A stretch of DNA of 64,000 nt from Synechococcus sp. (GTDB lineage Bacteria; Cyanobacteriota; Cyanobacteriia; PCC-6307; Cyanobiaceae), in contig JBJBDL010000003.1 in assembly GCA_047285305.1 (NCBI GenBank), positions 1,056,001-1,120,000 of the forward strand. The letters run 5' to 3'. Shown piece after piece: positions 30,661 to 41,511 of this stretch. The number at the start of each line of letters is the position of its first letter. Position 1 is the first letter of the stretch. The notes beneath the pieces were generated by a model. That model did no database searches. It had not been told where the DNA came from and was given only the letters and a program-made list of their open reading frames with translations. The position numbers and the translations under genes were made by a program.

Positions 30661-31904
30661 CCGGCCGATTGCTCCTTCTGTTTCAGGGTGTTCTGGGCGC
30701 GGCTGGCGCGATCGGCGGCTTCAGCCATCACTTTGTCTTTTTCGATCAGCAGCTCTCCAGGAGGCCCTTCCAGCAGGGCTGTGTTGAGGCCGATGCGTCC
30801 GCGGCCCGGGTCCAGTTCAGTGATCAGGGCCGACACGCGGTCGCCCTGGTCGAACACCTCACGGATCGAGCGCAGGCTGCCATTGGTGATGGCTGATTGG
30901 TGCAGCAGTCCGCTGATGCCACCAAGGTCGATGAACAGGCCGTAGGGCTTCACCGCAGCAACCTGGCCTTCCACCAATTGGCCCACTTCCAGATCTTGGA
31001 AGCGTTCGGCGACGGTGGCTCGTTTTTCGGACAGCACCAGCTTGCGCGTCTCCGAATTCACCTCGATGAAGGCCACGCCCAGGGTCTTGCCCACGAGTTC
31101 CTGGTGGTTTTCACCGTTTTGAAGTTGAGAGCGGGGAATGAAGCCGCGCAGCCCTTCGAGATCGCAGGTGACACCGCCGCGGTTGAAGCCATTGACGATG
31201 ACTTGAACCACTTTTCCCTGTTTTTCCAGTTCCTTCACCCGGTCCCAGCTCTTGCGCAGCTCAAGAGCGCGACAACTGATCGTGACCATGCCATCAGCGT
31301 TCTGCTCACGGGTCACCAGAACTTCAACCTCCAGGCCCTTGGGGAAGCGCTCCCGGAAGTTGGTCACAACGCCTAGGCCCGCCTCGCTCTTGGGCATGTA
31401 ACCGGGTGCTTTGCCGCCGATATCCACGTACACGCCATCGCTTTCGATGCCAATCACCGTGCCCTTGATCACCTCACCGGTGGTGCCGACCGGAGCGTTC
31501 TCGTCCAGGGCGGCGAGGAAAGCTTCCTCATCGAAATCGAAGTCATCCACACTGCGCGGCTGATTGCGCTGCTCCTTCTTGGGTTTTTGATCCGGTGCGC
31601 CCATCAGGTCGGCCATTGTCATGCCTTCCATCCCGCCCATGTCGAACAGAGCGTCGTCATCCGTTCCTGGAGACGAGGTGGGATCCTGCTGGACCGGTCG
31701 CGGCGGGGTGGTGAGACCCGCCCGTTCCTCAAGGATGCGTGCCTTTTCCTCCGCAGACTCTGCTGCTGCACGTGCTTCAGCCGCTTCACGAGCCAGCTTT
31801 TCCTGCTCGTTGCGGCGGTTGATCTGCATCACTTGCAGCGGTTTCGTCGCTGCCGGCTTGGGTGCCTTGGGGCGGTTGGGCTGCGGACTGCCGGCTGCGG
31901 GCAT
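30657..31904 (-). CDS. rps1b: S1 RNA-binding domain protein (ribosomal protein S1 paralogue)
   Basis: Three S1 domains (VYVDIGGK, NRGG...GLRGFIPRS, KPYGLFIDLGG) after a disordered N-terminus. Start is 31904 or 31931. Confidence 0.9.
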   Translation of the reverse strand: MPAAGSPQPNRPKAPKPAATKPLQVMQINRRNEQEKLAREAAEARAAAESAEEKARILEERAGLTTPPRPVQQDPTSSPGTDDDALFDMGGMEGMTMADLMGAPDQKPKKEQRNQPRSVDDFDFDEEAFLAALDENAPVGTTGEVIKGTVIGIESDGVYVDIGGKAPGYMPKSEAGLGVVTNFRERFPKGLEVEVLVTREQNADGMVTISCRALELRKSWDRVKELEKQGKVVQVIVNGFNRGGVTCDLEGLRGFIPRSQLQNGENHQELVGKTLGVAFIEVNSETRKLVLSEKRATVAERFQDLEVGQLVEGQVAAVKPYGLFIDLGGISGLLHQSAITNGSLRSIREVFDQGDRVSALITELDPGRGRIGLNTALLEGPPGELLIEKDKVMAEAADRASRAQNTLKQKEQSAG

Positions 31905-31978
31905 GGACCATTGGGCTTGTCGATCGCTCATTTTGACAGGCTGGGTTGGGATCAGCACCCCCTTGCCTGTGCAACGCC

Positions 31979-32821
31979 ATGGACCAGCTCCGCAAGCGAT
32001 TTGATCAGCTGACGTGGCCCGAGGCCAGCCATGCTGCCAGCCAACCTGGTGCCACGGTGATCTGGCCGTTTGGAGCCTGTGAGCAACACGGTCCCCAACT
32101 GCCGCTTTCGACGGATGCTGTTTTTGCTGAGGGCATCCTCGATTCAGTGATGCGCGGGCTTGAGCCAGCTCTGCCGATTTGGCGACTGCCGTGTCAGGCC
32201 ATCGGCTTTTCGCCTGAGCACCAGAACTTTCCTGGCACCCTCAGCCTTTCAGCTCCTCTACTTCTGGATTTGGTCGACCAGGTGGGCACTCAGCTGGCGG
32301 CGATGGGGGTGCAGCGCCTGGTTCTGTTCAACGCCCATGGCGGCCAGATCGGTTTGCTGCAGGTGGCAGCCCGACAGCTGCGCGTTCGCTGCCCATCGTT
32401 GGCCGTTCTGCCCTGCTTCCTCTGGAGTGGTGTGGAGGGGGTGGCTGATTTGTTGCCCGAGCAGGAGTTGGTCCATGGACTTCATGCCGGCCAAGCCGAA
32501 ACCAGCTTGATGTTGCAGATGGCCCCAGAGCTGGTCGGATCCGCCCGCCCGGTGGATGGACGTCCAGCACCGGGCTCCGCCCAGGACCCTCCAGCGGGCT
32601 GGAGTCTGGAAGGGGCGGCGCCTTGCGCTTGGCTCACCGACGACCTCAGCGCGACGGGAGTGATCGGGGATGCGCGCCAGGCCTCCGCTGATCTGGGACG
32701 TTGCCTGGAAGATCGCTTGATCAACCACTGGCAGGAGCGTTTTCAAGCCCTTTTGGCCAGTGACTGGCCACCCACGCAAAGTCTTCTCACCAAACCGTCC
32801 AACATCACGCCAAAGTCCTGA
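31979..32821 (+). CDS. Creatininase family protein
   Basis: [36 protein letters not shown]. Confidence 0.92.
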   Translation: MDQLRKRFDQLTWPEASHAASQPGATVIWPFGACEQHGPQLPLSTDAVFAEGILDSVMRGLEPALPIWRLPCQAIGFSPEHQNFPGTLSLSAPLLLDLVDQVGTQLAAMGVQRLVLFNAHGGQIGLLQVAARQLRVRCPSLAVLPCFLWSGVEGVADLLPEQELVHGLHAGQAETSLMLQMAPELVGSARPVDGRPAPGSAQDPPAGWSLEGAAPCAWLTDDLSATGVIGDARQASADLGRCLEDRLINHWQERFQALLASDWPPTQSLLTKPSNITPKS

Positions 32822-32897
32822 ACCTTGGACGCATGTGTCACCAACTCTTGGGGCACTGGTTATTGTCAGTCCCACTAAACGTGGTGGACAGCGTCCT

Positions 32898-33617
32898 ATG
32901 ACGACCCTCAATGCACCTGAAGCACCCGTGCTGGAGGGCCAGGACGCACTTCCCGATTTCACAACCGAGGCCTACAAAGACGCCTACAGCCGGATCAACG
33001 CCATCGTGATCGAGGGCGAACAGGAAGCACATGACAACTACATTTCCTTGGGCACGCTGATCCCCGAGCAGGCCGATGAGCTCAAGCGTCTGGCGCGGAT
33101 GGAAATGAAGCACATGAAGGGCTTCACTTCCTGTGGGCGCAACCTCGGGGTTGAAGCCGATCTTCCCTTCGCCAAGAAGTTTTTCGAACCCCTTCACAGC
33201 AATTTTCAGGCCGCTCTCAAGGAGGGCAAGGTGGTCACCTGTCTGCTGATCCAGGCCCTGCTGATCGAAGCATTTGCCATTTCGGCTTATCACATTTACA
33301 TCCCTGTGGCCGATCCCTTCGCCCGCAAAATCACAGAGGGTGTGGTTAAGGACGAATACACCCACCTCAACTATGGCCAGGAATGGCTGAAGGCCAACTT
33401 CGAGGCCAGCAAGGACGAACTCTTCGAGGCCAACAAAGCCAATCTTCCCCTCATCCGCTCGATGCTGGAAGACGTGGCTGCTGATGCTGCCGTCCTTCAC
33501 ATGGAGAAGGAAGACCTGATCGAAGACTTTCTGATCGCTTACCAGGAAGCTTTGGGTGAAATCGGCTTCACCTCCCGCGACATTGCCCGTATGGCCGCAG
33601 CAGCGCTTGCTGTTTGA
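32898..33617 (+). CDS. ado: Aldehyde deformylating oxygenase
   Basis: [32 protein letters not shown] di-iron ligands. Confidence 0.97.
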   Translation: MTTLNAPEAPVLEGQDALPDFTTEAYKDAYSRINAIVIEGEQEAHDNYISLGTLIPEQADELKRLARMEMKHMKGFTSCGRNLGVEADLPFAKKFFEPLHSNFQAALKEGKVVTCLLIQALLIEAFAISAYHIYIPVADPFARKITEGVVKDEYTHLNYGQEWLKANFEASKDELFEANKANLPLIRSMLEDVAADAAVLHMEKEDLIEDFLIAYQEALGEIGFTSRDIARMAAAALAV

Positions 33618-33640
33618 ACCGTTTCAGGGCCTGAGCCAAC

Positions 33641-33678
33641 GCCGGTTTATCGACAGGCACGTTGCCGTCGATACCGGT
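33641..33678 (+). other. Intergenic stem-loop between ado and aar
   Basis: CCGGT(tt)ATCGAC(a)GGCA-CGT-TGCC-GTCGAT-ACCGG, a bulged inverted repeat with no U tail. Confidence 0.6.
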
Positions 33679-33731
33679 TGCCATGGGAGCATGGTTGTTC
33701 GAGGTGTTCTTTGAGAAGTCAGCGGTAAGAC

Positions 33732-34772
33732 ATGTTTGGTCTGATCGGACATTCAACGAGTTTTGAGGCCGCTCGCCGCAAGGCGATGGAACTCGGGTTC
33801 GATCACATCGCCGATGGTGATCTGGATGTGTGGTGCAGTGCACCTCCGCAGCTCGTTGAGCATGTGGAAGTCACCAGTCCCGTGGGCACGACCATCGAGG
33901 GTGCCTACATCGACTCCTGCTTCGTGCCCGAGATGCTGAGCCGCTTCAAAACGGCCAGACGCAAGGTTCTCAACGCCATGGAACTCGCCCAGAAGAAGGG
34001 CATCAACATCACTGCGCTCGGTGGCTTCACCTCAATAATTTTTGAGAATTTCAACCTGCTCCAGCACCAGACGGTGCGGAGCACCACCCTGGATTGGAAG
34101 CGGTTCACCACCGGAAACACTCACACAGCCTGGGTGATCTGCCGTCAGGTGGAGAACAATGCTCCAAGTCTCGGGATCGATCTCAGCAAAGCCAAGGTGG
34201 CCGTAGTCGGTGCCACTGGTGATATCGGCTCTGCCGTCTGTCGTTGGCTGCAGGCGCGCACTGGAGTCGGTGAGCTTTTGCTGGTGGCGCGTCAGCAGAA
34301 ACCGCTGCTTGATCTTCAGCAGGAACTGGGCGGTGGACGAATTTTGTCGCTCGATGAGGCTCTGCCTGAGGCCGATGTGGTCGTCTGGGTGGCGAGCATG
34401 CCCCGCACCCTTGAGATCGACCAAGACAGCCTCACGAAGCCCTGTCTGATGATTGATGGGGGTTATCCCAAGAATCTCGATACGAAGGTCGCCGGTGGTG
34501 GCATCCACGTTCTCAAGGGTGGAATCGTTGAGTTCTGCCGCGACATCGGTTGGTCGATGATGGCCATCGCCGAGATGGAGCGGCCGCAGCGCCAGATGTT
34601 TGCCTGCTTTGCTGAAGCCATGCTGCTCGAGTTTGAGCGCTGCCACACCAACTTCAGCTGGGGGCGCAACAACATCACCCTCGAGAAGATGGATTTCATC
34701 GGTGCGGCATCGGTGCGCCATGGGTTCAGCACTTTGAACCTTCAAACCAACCTGCAGGCCACTGCTGCCTGA
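33732..34772 (+). CDS. aar: Long-chain acyl-ACP reductase
   Basis: [44 protein letters not shown]. Confidence 0.97.
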   Translation: MFGLIGHSTSFEAARRKAMELGFDHIADGDLDVWCSAPPQLVEHVEVTSPVGTTIEGAYIDSCFVPEMLSRFKTARRKVLNAMELAQKKGINITALGGFTSIIFENFNLLQHQTVRSTTLDWKRFTTGNTHTAWVICRQVENNAPSLGIDLSKAKVAVVGATGDIGSAVCRWLQARTGVGELLLVARQQKPLLDLQQELGGGRILSLDEALPEADVVVWVASMPRTLEIDQDSLTKPCLMIDGGYPKNLDTKVAGGGIHVLKGGIVEFCRDIGWSMMAIAEMERPQRQMFACFAEAMLLEFERCHTNFSWGRNNITLEKMDFIGAASVRHGFSTLNLQTNLQATAA

Positions 34773-34791
34773 CCTTCGAAGAGCCAGAGCC

Positions 34792-35781
34792 ATGCCCCGT
34801 CGCCCCCTGCTTGAGTTCGAAAAACCGCTCGTCGAGCTTGAGCAGCAGATTGAGCAGATCCGTCAGCTGGCGAGAGATTCGGAAGTCGACGTCACACAGC
34901 AGCTCCAGCAACTGGAAAGCCTCGCGGCCCGTCGGCGTCAGGAGATCTTTCAGGGGCTAACTCCCGCTCAGAAAATTCAGGTCGCCCGTCATCCGCAGCG
35001 TCCGAGCACGCTGGATTTCATCCAGATGTTCTGTGACGACTGGGTCGAACTGCACGGTGATCGTCGCGGTAACGACGATCAGGCCTTAATCGGCGGTGTT
35101 GGCCGGGTGGGCGATCGACCCGTGATGTTGATCGGCCATCAGAAAGGCCGCGACACCAAAGAGAACGTCGCCCGCAATTTCGGGATGGCGGCTCCGGGTG
35201 GATATCGCAAAGCCATGCGGTTAATGGATCATGCCGATCGCTTCCGCTTGCCGATTCTCACGTTCATCGATACCCCCGGGGCCTATGCCGGCCTTGAGGC
35301 CGAAGAGCAGGGCCAGGGTGAAGCGATCGCCGTCAACCTGAGGGAGATGTTCCGCTTGCGCGTTCCGGTGATTGCCACCGTGATAGGTGAAGGCGGATCC
35401 GGCGGTGCCTTGGGCATCGGGGTGGCCGATCGCTTGCTGATGTTCGAGCACAGCGTCTACACGGTGGCCAGCCCGGAGGCATGCGCCTCCATCCTCTGGC
35501 GTGATGCGGCCAAAGCTCCTGATGCGGCGGCAGCCTTACGGATCACCGGCAGGGACCTGCTGGAGCTTGGGGTGGTGGATGAGGTTCTCGAGGAGCCTTC
35601 CGGTGGCAACAACTGGTCACCATTGGAGGCTGGAGAAAACCTACGGGCGGCGATCGAGCATCATCTGGACCAACTGATGAGCCTTTCGGAACAGCAACTG
35701 CGCGAGGCCCGTTACTCCAAATTCAGGGCCATGGGGCGGTTTCTCGAAAAAACGTCACAGGATGTCGACAAAGCCGCTTAA
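34792..35781 (+). CDS. accA: Acetyl-CoA carboxylase carboxyltransferase alpha subunit
   Basis: [31 protein letters not shown]. Confidence 0.98.
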   Translation: MPRRPLLEFEKPLVELEQQIEQIRQLARDSEVDVTQQLQQLESLAARRRQEIFQGLTPAQKIQVARHPQRPSTLDFIQMFCDDWVELHGDRRGNDDQALIGGVGRVGDRPVMLIGHQKGRDTKENVARNFGMAAPGGYRKAMRLMDHADRFRLPILTFIDTPGAYAGLEAEEQGQGEAIAVNLREMFRLRVPVIATVIGEGGSGGALGIGVADRLLMFEHSVYTVASPEACASILWRDAAKAPDAAAALRITGRDLLELGVVDEVLEEPSGGNNWSPLEAGENLRAAIEHHLDQLMSLSEQQLREARYSKFRAMGRFLEKTSQDVDKAA

Positions 35782-35805
35782 AGTGTCGCGGTTTGCTAAC
35801 GGTTT

Positions 35806-36513
35806 TTGCCAACGGCTCTAATCACAGGTGCGAGCCGAGGCATAGGTCGCCGAACTGCTGAGCTTCTGGCTCATCAAGGATGGGATTTGCTGCTCACCGC
35901 CCGCAGCGCTGATCAACTGGAGCAGCTGAGTGCTCAGCTCAGCCACAAAGGTGTTTCTGTGGCCTATGCCGCCATCGACCTGACTCAATCTGATGGCATC
36001 GCAGCTGCGATTGCTGGCTTGTTGCAGCAGGGTGAGACCCCTTCAGTGTTGATCAACAACGCGGGTGCGGCCTACACCGGCGATCTATTGGCCATGCCGA
36101 TCGAGCGTTGGCAATGGCTGCTACAGCTGAATGTCACCAGCGTGATGCAGGTTTGTTCTGCTGTTGTTCCCGCCATGCGTGAGAACGGTGGACTGGTGAT
36201 CAACATCAGCAGCCACGCCGCCCGCAATGCCTTCCCTCAATGGGGGGCGTATTGCGTTAGCAAAGCTGCATTGGCCAGCTTCACCCGCTGCCTTGTGGAA
36301 GAGGAACGGAGCAACGGCATTCGTGCCTGCACCCTCACTCTTGGGGCCGTGAACACACCACTGTGGGACGCGGAAACCGTACAAAGCGATTTCGATCGTC
36401 GTGCCATGCTCTCTGTCGATCAGGCGGCAGAAACACTGGCGAATCTGGCGATGCAACCCAGCAACCAGTGGATCGAAGACCTCACCCTTATGCCGGCCGC
36501 CGGCGCCTTCTGA
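35806..36513 (+). CDS. Short-chain dehydrogenase/reductase
   Basis: TGASRGIG, NNAG, YCVSK; TTG start. Confidence 0.92.
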   Translation: MPTALITGASRGIGRRTAELLAHQGWDLLLTARSADQLEQLSAQLSHKGVSVAYAAIDLTQSDGIAAAIAGLLQQGETPSVLINNAGAAYTGDLLAMPIERWQWLLQLNVTSVMQVCSAVVPAMRENGGLVINISSHAARNAFPQWGAYCVSKAALASFTRCLVEEERSNGIRACTLTLGAVNTPLWDAETVQSDFDRRAMLSVDQAAETLANLAMQPSNQWIEDLTLMPAAGAF

Positions 36514-36522
36514 ACGAACACC

Positions 36523-37272
36523 ATGACCTCCACAGTCCCTTTCGTTTCCAACGGCGTCGCCAACGGCAACGGCAATGGCAGCTTGAATCCCCAGGTTTCA
36601 GTGCGCATCCGTGAGCGCCTGAGGGAAGCGGGTGCTTCCTTTCTGGCGAACGACAACATCGCTGATCACCTCCAGCCTGGTGAGCTGGATCAGCTTCAGG
36701 TTGAAGTTGCAGACAAGGTTCGCGACCTGCTGCGCAGCCTGGTGATCGATATCGATAACGACCACAACACCCATGAGACGGCGGAGCGCGTCGCCAAGAT
36801 GTATCTCCAGGAGGTGTTCAAGGGGCGCTACCACCAGCAGCCCAAGGTGGCCAGCTTCCCCAATGTGAAACGGCTTGATGAGATCTACACCGTTGGCCCG
36901 ATCACGGTTCGTTCCGCCTGTTCTCACCACCTTGTGCCGATCATGGGCAACTGCTGGATCGGTATCAAACCTGGTGCCCGGGTGATCGGCCTCTCCAAAT
37001 TCACCCGTGTGGCTGATTGGGTCTTCTCGCGTCCTCACATCCAGGAAGAGGCTGTGATGATCCTTGCCGACGAAATCGAGAAGCTCTGTGAGCCCCAGGG
37101 TCTCGGCATCATCATCAAGGCGCAGCACTACTGCATGAAGTGGCGTGGGGTGAAGGAGCCCCAAACCAGCATGGTGAATTCCGTGGTGCGCGGCGATTTC
37201 CGCCACGACCCCAGCCTCAAGCAGGAGTTCTTTGAGCTTGTGCGTCAGCAGGAAGCGCTGCTCAGCACCTGA
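36523..37272 (+). CDS. folE: GTP cyclohydrolase I
   Basis: SACSHHLVPI, VIGLSK, IQEE, HYCMKWRG. Confidence 0.96.
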   Translation: MTSTVPFVSNGVANGNGNGSLNPQVSVRIRERLREAGASFLANDNIADHLQPGELDQLQVEVADKVRDLLRSLVIDIDNDHNTHETAERVAKMYLQEVFKGRYHQQPKVASFPNVKRLDEIYTVGPITVRSACSHHLVPIMGNCWIGIKPGARVIGLSKFTRVADWVFSRPHIQEEAVMILADEIEKLCEPQGLGIIIKAQHYCMKWRGVKEPQTSMVNSVVRGDFRHDPSLKQEFFELVRQQEALLST

Positions 37273-37308
37273 TCAGCTGCGATTCAACGCTGTTTCACGG
37301 CCCAAAGT

Positions 37309-37983
37309 TCACTGCTTTGACTTCACGGCCTCGACGAGGGCTTGAACCTTGTCGAGGTTTTTCCATCCCGGTCGTTCCTCCAGCCGACTGGAGGCATCGA
37401 GCCCCTGAGGCGTGACGCGACTGAGCAGTTCTGGAACCCACTCCGCACTCACTCCTCCTGCCAGCCACCACGGCACTGACAGCTCGGTTTCAGCCAGCCA
37501 ATCAAGAGGGATCCGGTGACCGGTGCCGCCCAGTTGATCCGCGCTCCAGGCATCGAGCAGCAGAGCATCCATATGGGGCGCATATTGCTCGAGCTGGTTG
37601 AGATCTTCGGGTTCACGCACCCGCAACGCTTTCCACCACTGCTGCCGGGGGTAGCGCTGTTTTAAACGTTGGCAGCGTTCGTCTGACTCGCTGCCGTGCA
37701 GCTGCACCACGGAGGGCTGCCCTGCACCGTTGAGCGCTTCCTCGAGGGCGGCATCGTCGGGGTCGGCCACCACCCAAACTCGATGCAGTTGGGGGTGCTG
37801 TTGTTCCAGCAGCCGGAACAAGACCCTGCGCTGGGCTGGTTCTACAAAGCGTGGGGTGGCAGGAACGCCGATCACGCCAATCGCCTGCACGCCCATCTGT
37901 GCGATGGCTTGAGCCTGCTCGGGGTCGGTGATCCCACAGATCTTGAGCTCTGGAGTGGGGCGGGGATCACGCAAGGGCTGCAT
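37309..37983 (-). CDS. trpF: Phosphoribosylanthranilate isomerase
   Basis: LKICGIT, VQLHGSE, LLDAW...GGTG, LAGG, LDASS. The real start is near 37983, not the 557-aa extension. Confidence 0.94.
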   Translation of the reverse strand: MQPLRDPRPTPELKICGITDPEQAQAIAQMGVQAIGVIGVPATPRFVEPAQRRVLFRLLEQQHPQLHRVWVVADPDDAALEEALNGAGQPSVVQLHGSESDERCQRLKQRYPRQQWWKALRVREPEDLNQLEQYAPHMDALLLDAWSADQLGGTGHRIPLDWLAETELSVPWWLAGGVSAEWVPELLSRVTPQGLDASSRLEERPGWKNLDKVQALVEAVKSKQ

Positions 37984-38046
37984 GGGGTTGCTCTCCCTAG
38001 GATCGTGGATGACAGCCCGCAGCAGCGGCACACGACGGGATTGGCG

Positions 38047-39297
38047 GTGGGAGAGGGCTGGCAGGTGCTCAAGATTGGCGGAATTCCCCTGCGGCTCCAG
38101 CCCAGCTGGTTGTTTGCCGTGGCGATCTTCACCACGTTGTTTCAGTCCCGCTACGCGACCACGGCCTCGGTAACGGTGAGTTGGGGGTTGGGATTGCTGA
38201 CCACCTTGTTGCTGTTCAGCTCCGTGCTGCTGCATGAATTGGGCCATGCCCTGATGGCCCTGCGAGAAGGGGTGAAGGTGTTGAGCATCACCCTGTTTCA
38301 TCTGGGCGGCATCGCGCGGGTGGAGAAGGAATGCCCCACCGCCTTGGGCAATCTGCGCATTGCGGCTGCTGGCCCGATCGTGAGTTTGGTTCTGGCCTTC
38401 GGGATGTTGGCGGGGGCTGCAGCGCTGTCGGATACCCAGCCCATGGCCACACAGTTGTTGAGCCAGGTGGGTTTGCTCAACTTGATGCTCGGCTTGTTCA
38501 ATCTCTTGCCCGGGCTGCCCCTCGATGGCGGGCTGATCCTCAAGGCCTTGGTCTGGCAGCTGAGCGGCAGTCAGCAGAAAGGCGTTCAGGTGGCATCGGC
38601 GTCCGGACGCGCGTTGTCGATGCTGATGATCCTGTTGGGCGGTGTTCTGCTTTGGCAGGGCTGGGGGCTCAACGGCCTCCTGCTGATGTTGATCGGTTGG
38701 TTCGGCTTGAGTGCCAACCGCAGTCAAACCCAGATGCTGCAGTTGCAGACGGTGCTGCGGGAGTTGAAGGTGGAGGCTGCGGCAGGCAAACGTTTCCGCG
38801 TGCTGGAGGCGGATCAGACCTTGCGGCGCCTCAGTCAGCTCCGGCTGTCCGCCAGCGAGGCGGGGGGACCTGCCGATTGGGTGCTCGTCTGTAAAAGCGG
38901 CCGTTGGGTGGGTTGGATTGATGATCAGCCCTTGAAACTGTTGCCGGTGCAGCAATGGGACCAACAGCGCCTCGAGGATCATCTGAGCCCCCTCACTGAA
39001 CTGCCCTCTATCGCCAGTTCGGCCCCCCTGGTGGAGGCGGTGCCGGCCCTGGAGGCGGCCTCCCAGGGACGCCTGTTGGTGATGAGTGCTGCGGGCCTTC
39101 CTTCCGGCACCCTTGACCGAATGGATGTGGGCGATGCGGTGCTGAAGCGGCTCGGGGTGACCCTGCCCCCCGCGATTCTCGATGAGGCGCGCAAGCGCAA
39201 TGGATACCCCCTGGGTTTGGCGATGCTTCCCCAGATGGTGCAGACGATGCAGGCTCAGAGCGCAGAGCCGGATGCCAGCTCGACCTCCAACTCCTGA
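38047..39297 (+). CDS. Site-2 protease (M50) family membrane metalloprotease
   Basis: LLHELGH, AAAGP, FNLLPGLPLDGG; GTG start at 38047 inferred. Confidence 0.93.
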   Translation: MGEGWQVLKIGGIPLRLQPSWLFAVAIFTTLFQSRYATTASVTVSWGLGLLTTLLLFSSVLLHELGHALMALREGVKVLSITLFHLGGIARVEKECPTALGNLRIAAAGPIVSLVLAFGMLAGAAALSDTQPMATQLLSQVGLLNLMLGLFNLLPGLPLDGGLILKALVWQLSGSQQKGVQVASASGRALSMLMILLGGVLLWQGWGLNGLLLMLIGWFGLSANRSQTQMLQLQTVLRELKVEAAAGKRFRVLEADQTLRRLSQLRLSASEAGGPADWVLVCKSGRWVGWIDDQPLKLLPVQQWDQQRLEDHLSPLTELPSIASSAPLVEAVPALEAASQGRLLVMSAAGLPSGTLDRMDVGDAVLKRLGVTLPPAILDEARKRNGYPLGLAMLPQMVQTMQAQSAEPDASSTSNS

Positions 39298-39971
39298 ACT
39301 TCGTCAGCCTTCAGGGGCTGCATCTGCCAAGGGCAACGGCTCCAGGATTGAACCAGGCTCTGGCGCAGTCGCTGATCCAGCTCCAGTCGGTTGATCCGGG
39401 CTGGAGCTGCCGCTGGAGCCGCTTCCTCAAACACCTCCTCCCATAGCTCAGCAGGGGGATCCAGCAGGATTTCACCGTGTTGAAGCAGACGACCGTTCTG
39501 CCAGCGCTGGGCGCTACCGACCCGTTTGACGCCGCACGGATCCACCAGGTCGGCCACCGTTGCCGAGGCGAAACAGTTGTTGGCTTCAGCACCCGCAGGA
39601 TCGGAACCGAAGTGCAGCGGTAGCCCGAGATCCTGGAAGCCATCGATCAACCACTGGCAGGCCTGGCGGTAAGCCTCCTGGCGCCGCCGGGGTGCATCCG
39701 GCCAGATCAAGGCATAGGTGAGACCGCCCGCATGAAGCACGGCCCGGCCTCCGCTGGGGCGTCGCACCAGGCTGATGCGGCCGCGGCGGGCCAGACCATT
39801 CCAGTGCCCAGGCCATTGGCGTTGATGGCGTCCCAGCGAGAGCCAGGGCCCACTCCAGCGGTAAAAACGCAGAACCGGACCGTTGCTGCGCTTCAGAAGC
39901 CAGGCATCCAAAGCCATCTGGGTGTGTCCATCCGCTTGCTGGGTGGGGAGCAAACGCCCAGTTGCGGGCAT
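39255..39971 (-). CDS. Lipoate-protein ligase A/octanoyltransferase family protein
   Basis: QMALD, LRFYRW, RRPSGGRAVLH, KRVGSAQ, LQHGEI. Confidence 0.9.
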   Translation of the reverse strand: MPATGRLLPTQQADGHTQMALDAWLLKRSNGPVLRFYRWSGPWLSLGRHQRQWPGHWNGLARRGRISLVRRPSGGRAVLHAGGLTYALIWPDAPRRRQEAYRQACQWLIDGFQDLGLPLHFGSDPAGAEANNCFASATVADLVDPCGVKRVGSAQRWQNGRLLQHGEILLDPPAELWEEVFEEAAPAAAPARINRLELDQRLRQSLVQSWSRCPWQMQPLKADEVQELEVELASGSAL

Positions 39972-39998
39972 GCTGGAGAAAAGCATCGATCGCACGCC

Positions 39999-40766
39999 AT
40001 GGTGCCCTGGTGGGATGTGCCGATCTTGATCGCCCTGGGCCTGCTGGCGGGGGGCTTGGCCGGGTTGTTGGGGATTGGCGGTGGCTTGATCTTTGCCCCC
40101 CTCCTGCTTTGGCTTGATCTCCCGCCCCATCAGGCCCTGGCTACCAGCAGTTTCGCCATTGTGCCCACGGCTTTGGCAGGCACCATCACACATCTGCGCC
40201 AGGGCCGGCTGCCGACCCGGCCTGGACTCGCCATCGGCTTGGCAGCCTTTGGCTCGGCACTGCTGTTCGGTGGTTTGGCCGGTTTAGCAGCGGGCTGGAT
40301 TCTGCTGGCGATGCAGACGCTGATGTACATCGTGCTGGCGTTCTGCGTTCGCGAGCGGCAGGAGGTGGATGCCAATGATGACGTTGATGACAGCAGCGCT
40401 CCGCAGTTGGCAGGTGTGGGCTGCATCGCCGGCTGGACCGCTGGGATGTTGGGCCTGGGCGGTGGGCTTGTGATGGTGCCCCTGATGAGCGGTCCGATGT
40501 CTGTGCCGATTCATCAGGCCGTGCGGCTCAGCACGGTGGCGGTGCTCTGCTCGGCCAGCGCAGCATCCCTCCAGTTTCTGCATGAAGGACGCGGCGTTCC
40601 TCTGATGGGCCTGCTGCTGGGGGCGGTGGCAGCGATCGCTGCGCAGTGGACGGCCAGCCGTCTCGATCAGTTTGATGCGGCCCTACTGGTGCGCTGTCTG
40701 CGGGGCCTTGCCATCATCCTGGCGATCGACAGCTCCAGGCGGGCCCTGCAGCTTTGGCTGAGCTGA
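39999..40766 (+). CDS. Sulfite exporter TauE/SafE family membrane protein
   Basis: Duplicated GLLGIGGG...P and GMLGLGGG...VP motifs; hydrophobic. Confidence 0.9.
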   Translation: MVPWWDVPILIALGLLAGGLAGLLGIGGGLIFAPLLLWLDLPPHQALATSSFAIVPTALAGTITHLRQGRLPTRPGLAIGLAAFGSALLFGGLAGLAAGWILLAMQTLMYIVLAFCVRERQEVDANDDVDDSSAPQLAGVGCIAGWTAGMLGLGGGLVMVPLMSGPMSVPIHQAVRLSTVAVLCSASAASLQFLHEGRGVPLMGLLLGAVAAIAAQWTASRLDQFDAALLVRCLRGLAIILAIDSSRRALQLWLS

Positions 40767-40770
40767 CTGG

Positions 40771-41241
40771 TCAGCTCAACAGGCTCCAAAATCCCGCATC
40801 CAGCTCATAGCCCAGGGCTGCGGCCATCTGGGAGAGGTTGCCCCGCATCGGGCGTCTGAGCTCTCGCTGGCAGAGGTCGTCCAACACCATCAATCGATGC
40901 GTCACCCAGAGCTCCAAGGCTTCCGGGTCAAAACGCAGGCCTTCACTGCGGCTGAAACTGTGGGGCACCACCAGAGCCACATGACGAATCAGGCTGCCTT
41001 GGTCCCGTTCAAGCAAGAGCGGCAGCCAGGGGTAGCGCGCATCGGCCCGCAGGGCCCAGAGTCGAGGCTCGGGGCATTCCGGAAGCTCGCGTGGGTCATC
41101 CTGTGCTCGTGGCCAATCGAAACGAAGCTCGAGCACCGGCCCCTTGCTGAGCAGTGCATCCAGCGGCTGAGTGCCCCAGATCTCCAGCGGCTGTAGATCC
41201 AACGCGCGGATGGCAGGGGCATCGATCAGAACCGGATCCAT
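40771..41241 (-). CDS. CRR6 family NDH (NdhI) maturation factor
   Basis: DPRELPECPEPRLW...DARYPWLPLLL...LVVPH...PEALELW. Confidence 0.88.
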   Translation of the reverse strand: MDPVLIDAPAIRALDLQPLEIWGTQPLDALLSKGPVLELRFDWPRAQDDPRELPECPEPRLWALRADARYPWLPLLLERDQGSLIRHVALVVPHSFSRSEGLRFDPEALELWVTHRLMVLDDLCQRELRRPMRGNLSQMAAALGYELDAGFWSLLS

Positions 41242-41324
41242 GGGCTGGTGTGACAGGCCTTTGCGAATGATGGCCTGCAGCCCGTCCCTCAGAGAAGAAT
41301 GGGACCGTTCGATGCATGGCTCCA

Positions 41325-41429
41325 ATGGAAACCGTTCTGTCTGCACCTGAGGTGTTCATTGCCCTCGTGGTCGCTGCCCATGCCGCTGTTCTGGCCCTGC
41401 GTCTCTCCATCAGCCTTTACGAGGCCTGA
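41325..41429 (+). CDS. psaM: Photosystem I reaction centre subunit XII
   Basis: Below the ORF-track cutoff; METVLSAPEVFIALVVAAHAAVLALRLSISLYEA*. Confidence 0.93.
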   Translation: METVLSAPEVFIALVVAAHAAVLALRLSISLYEA

Positions 41430-41511
41430 TTAAGGCAGCCCAGATCAACGGGCGTAGAGCTGGTCTTGGCACTGCGAACGGATTGCGTTACAAGCGGATG
41501 TTCGTGCTGAT

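Noticed and set aside
36550..36580. AACGGC microrepeat at the folE 5' end as a phase-variation tract
   Set aside because: The 6-nt unit keeps the frame and only encodes a low-complexity NG linker.
37984..38982. 557-aa extended trpF ORF suggesting a fusion
   Set aside because: The extension is antisense to the M50 protease gene; TrpF motifs begin only after ATG 37983.
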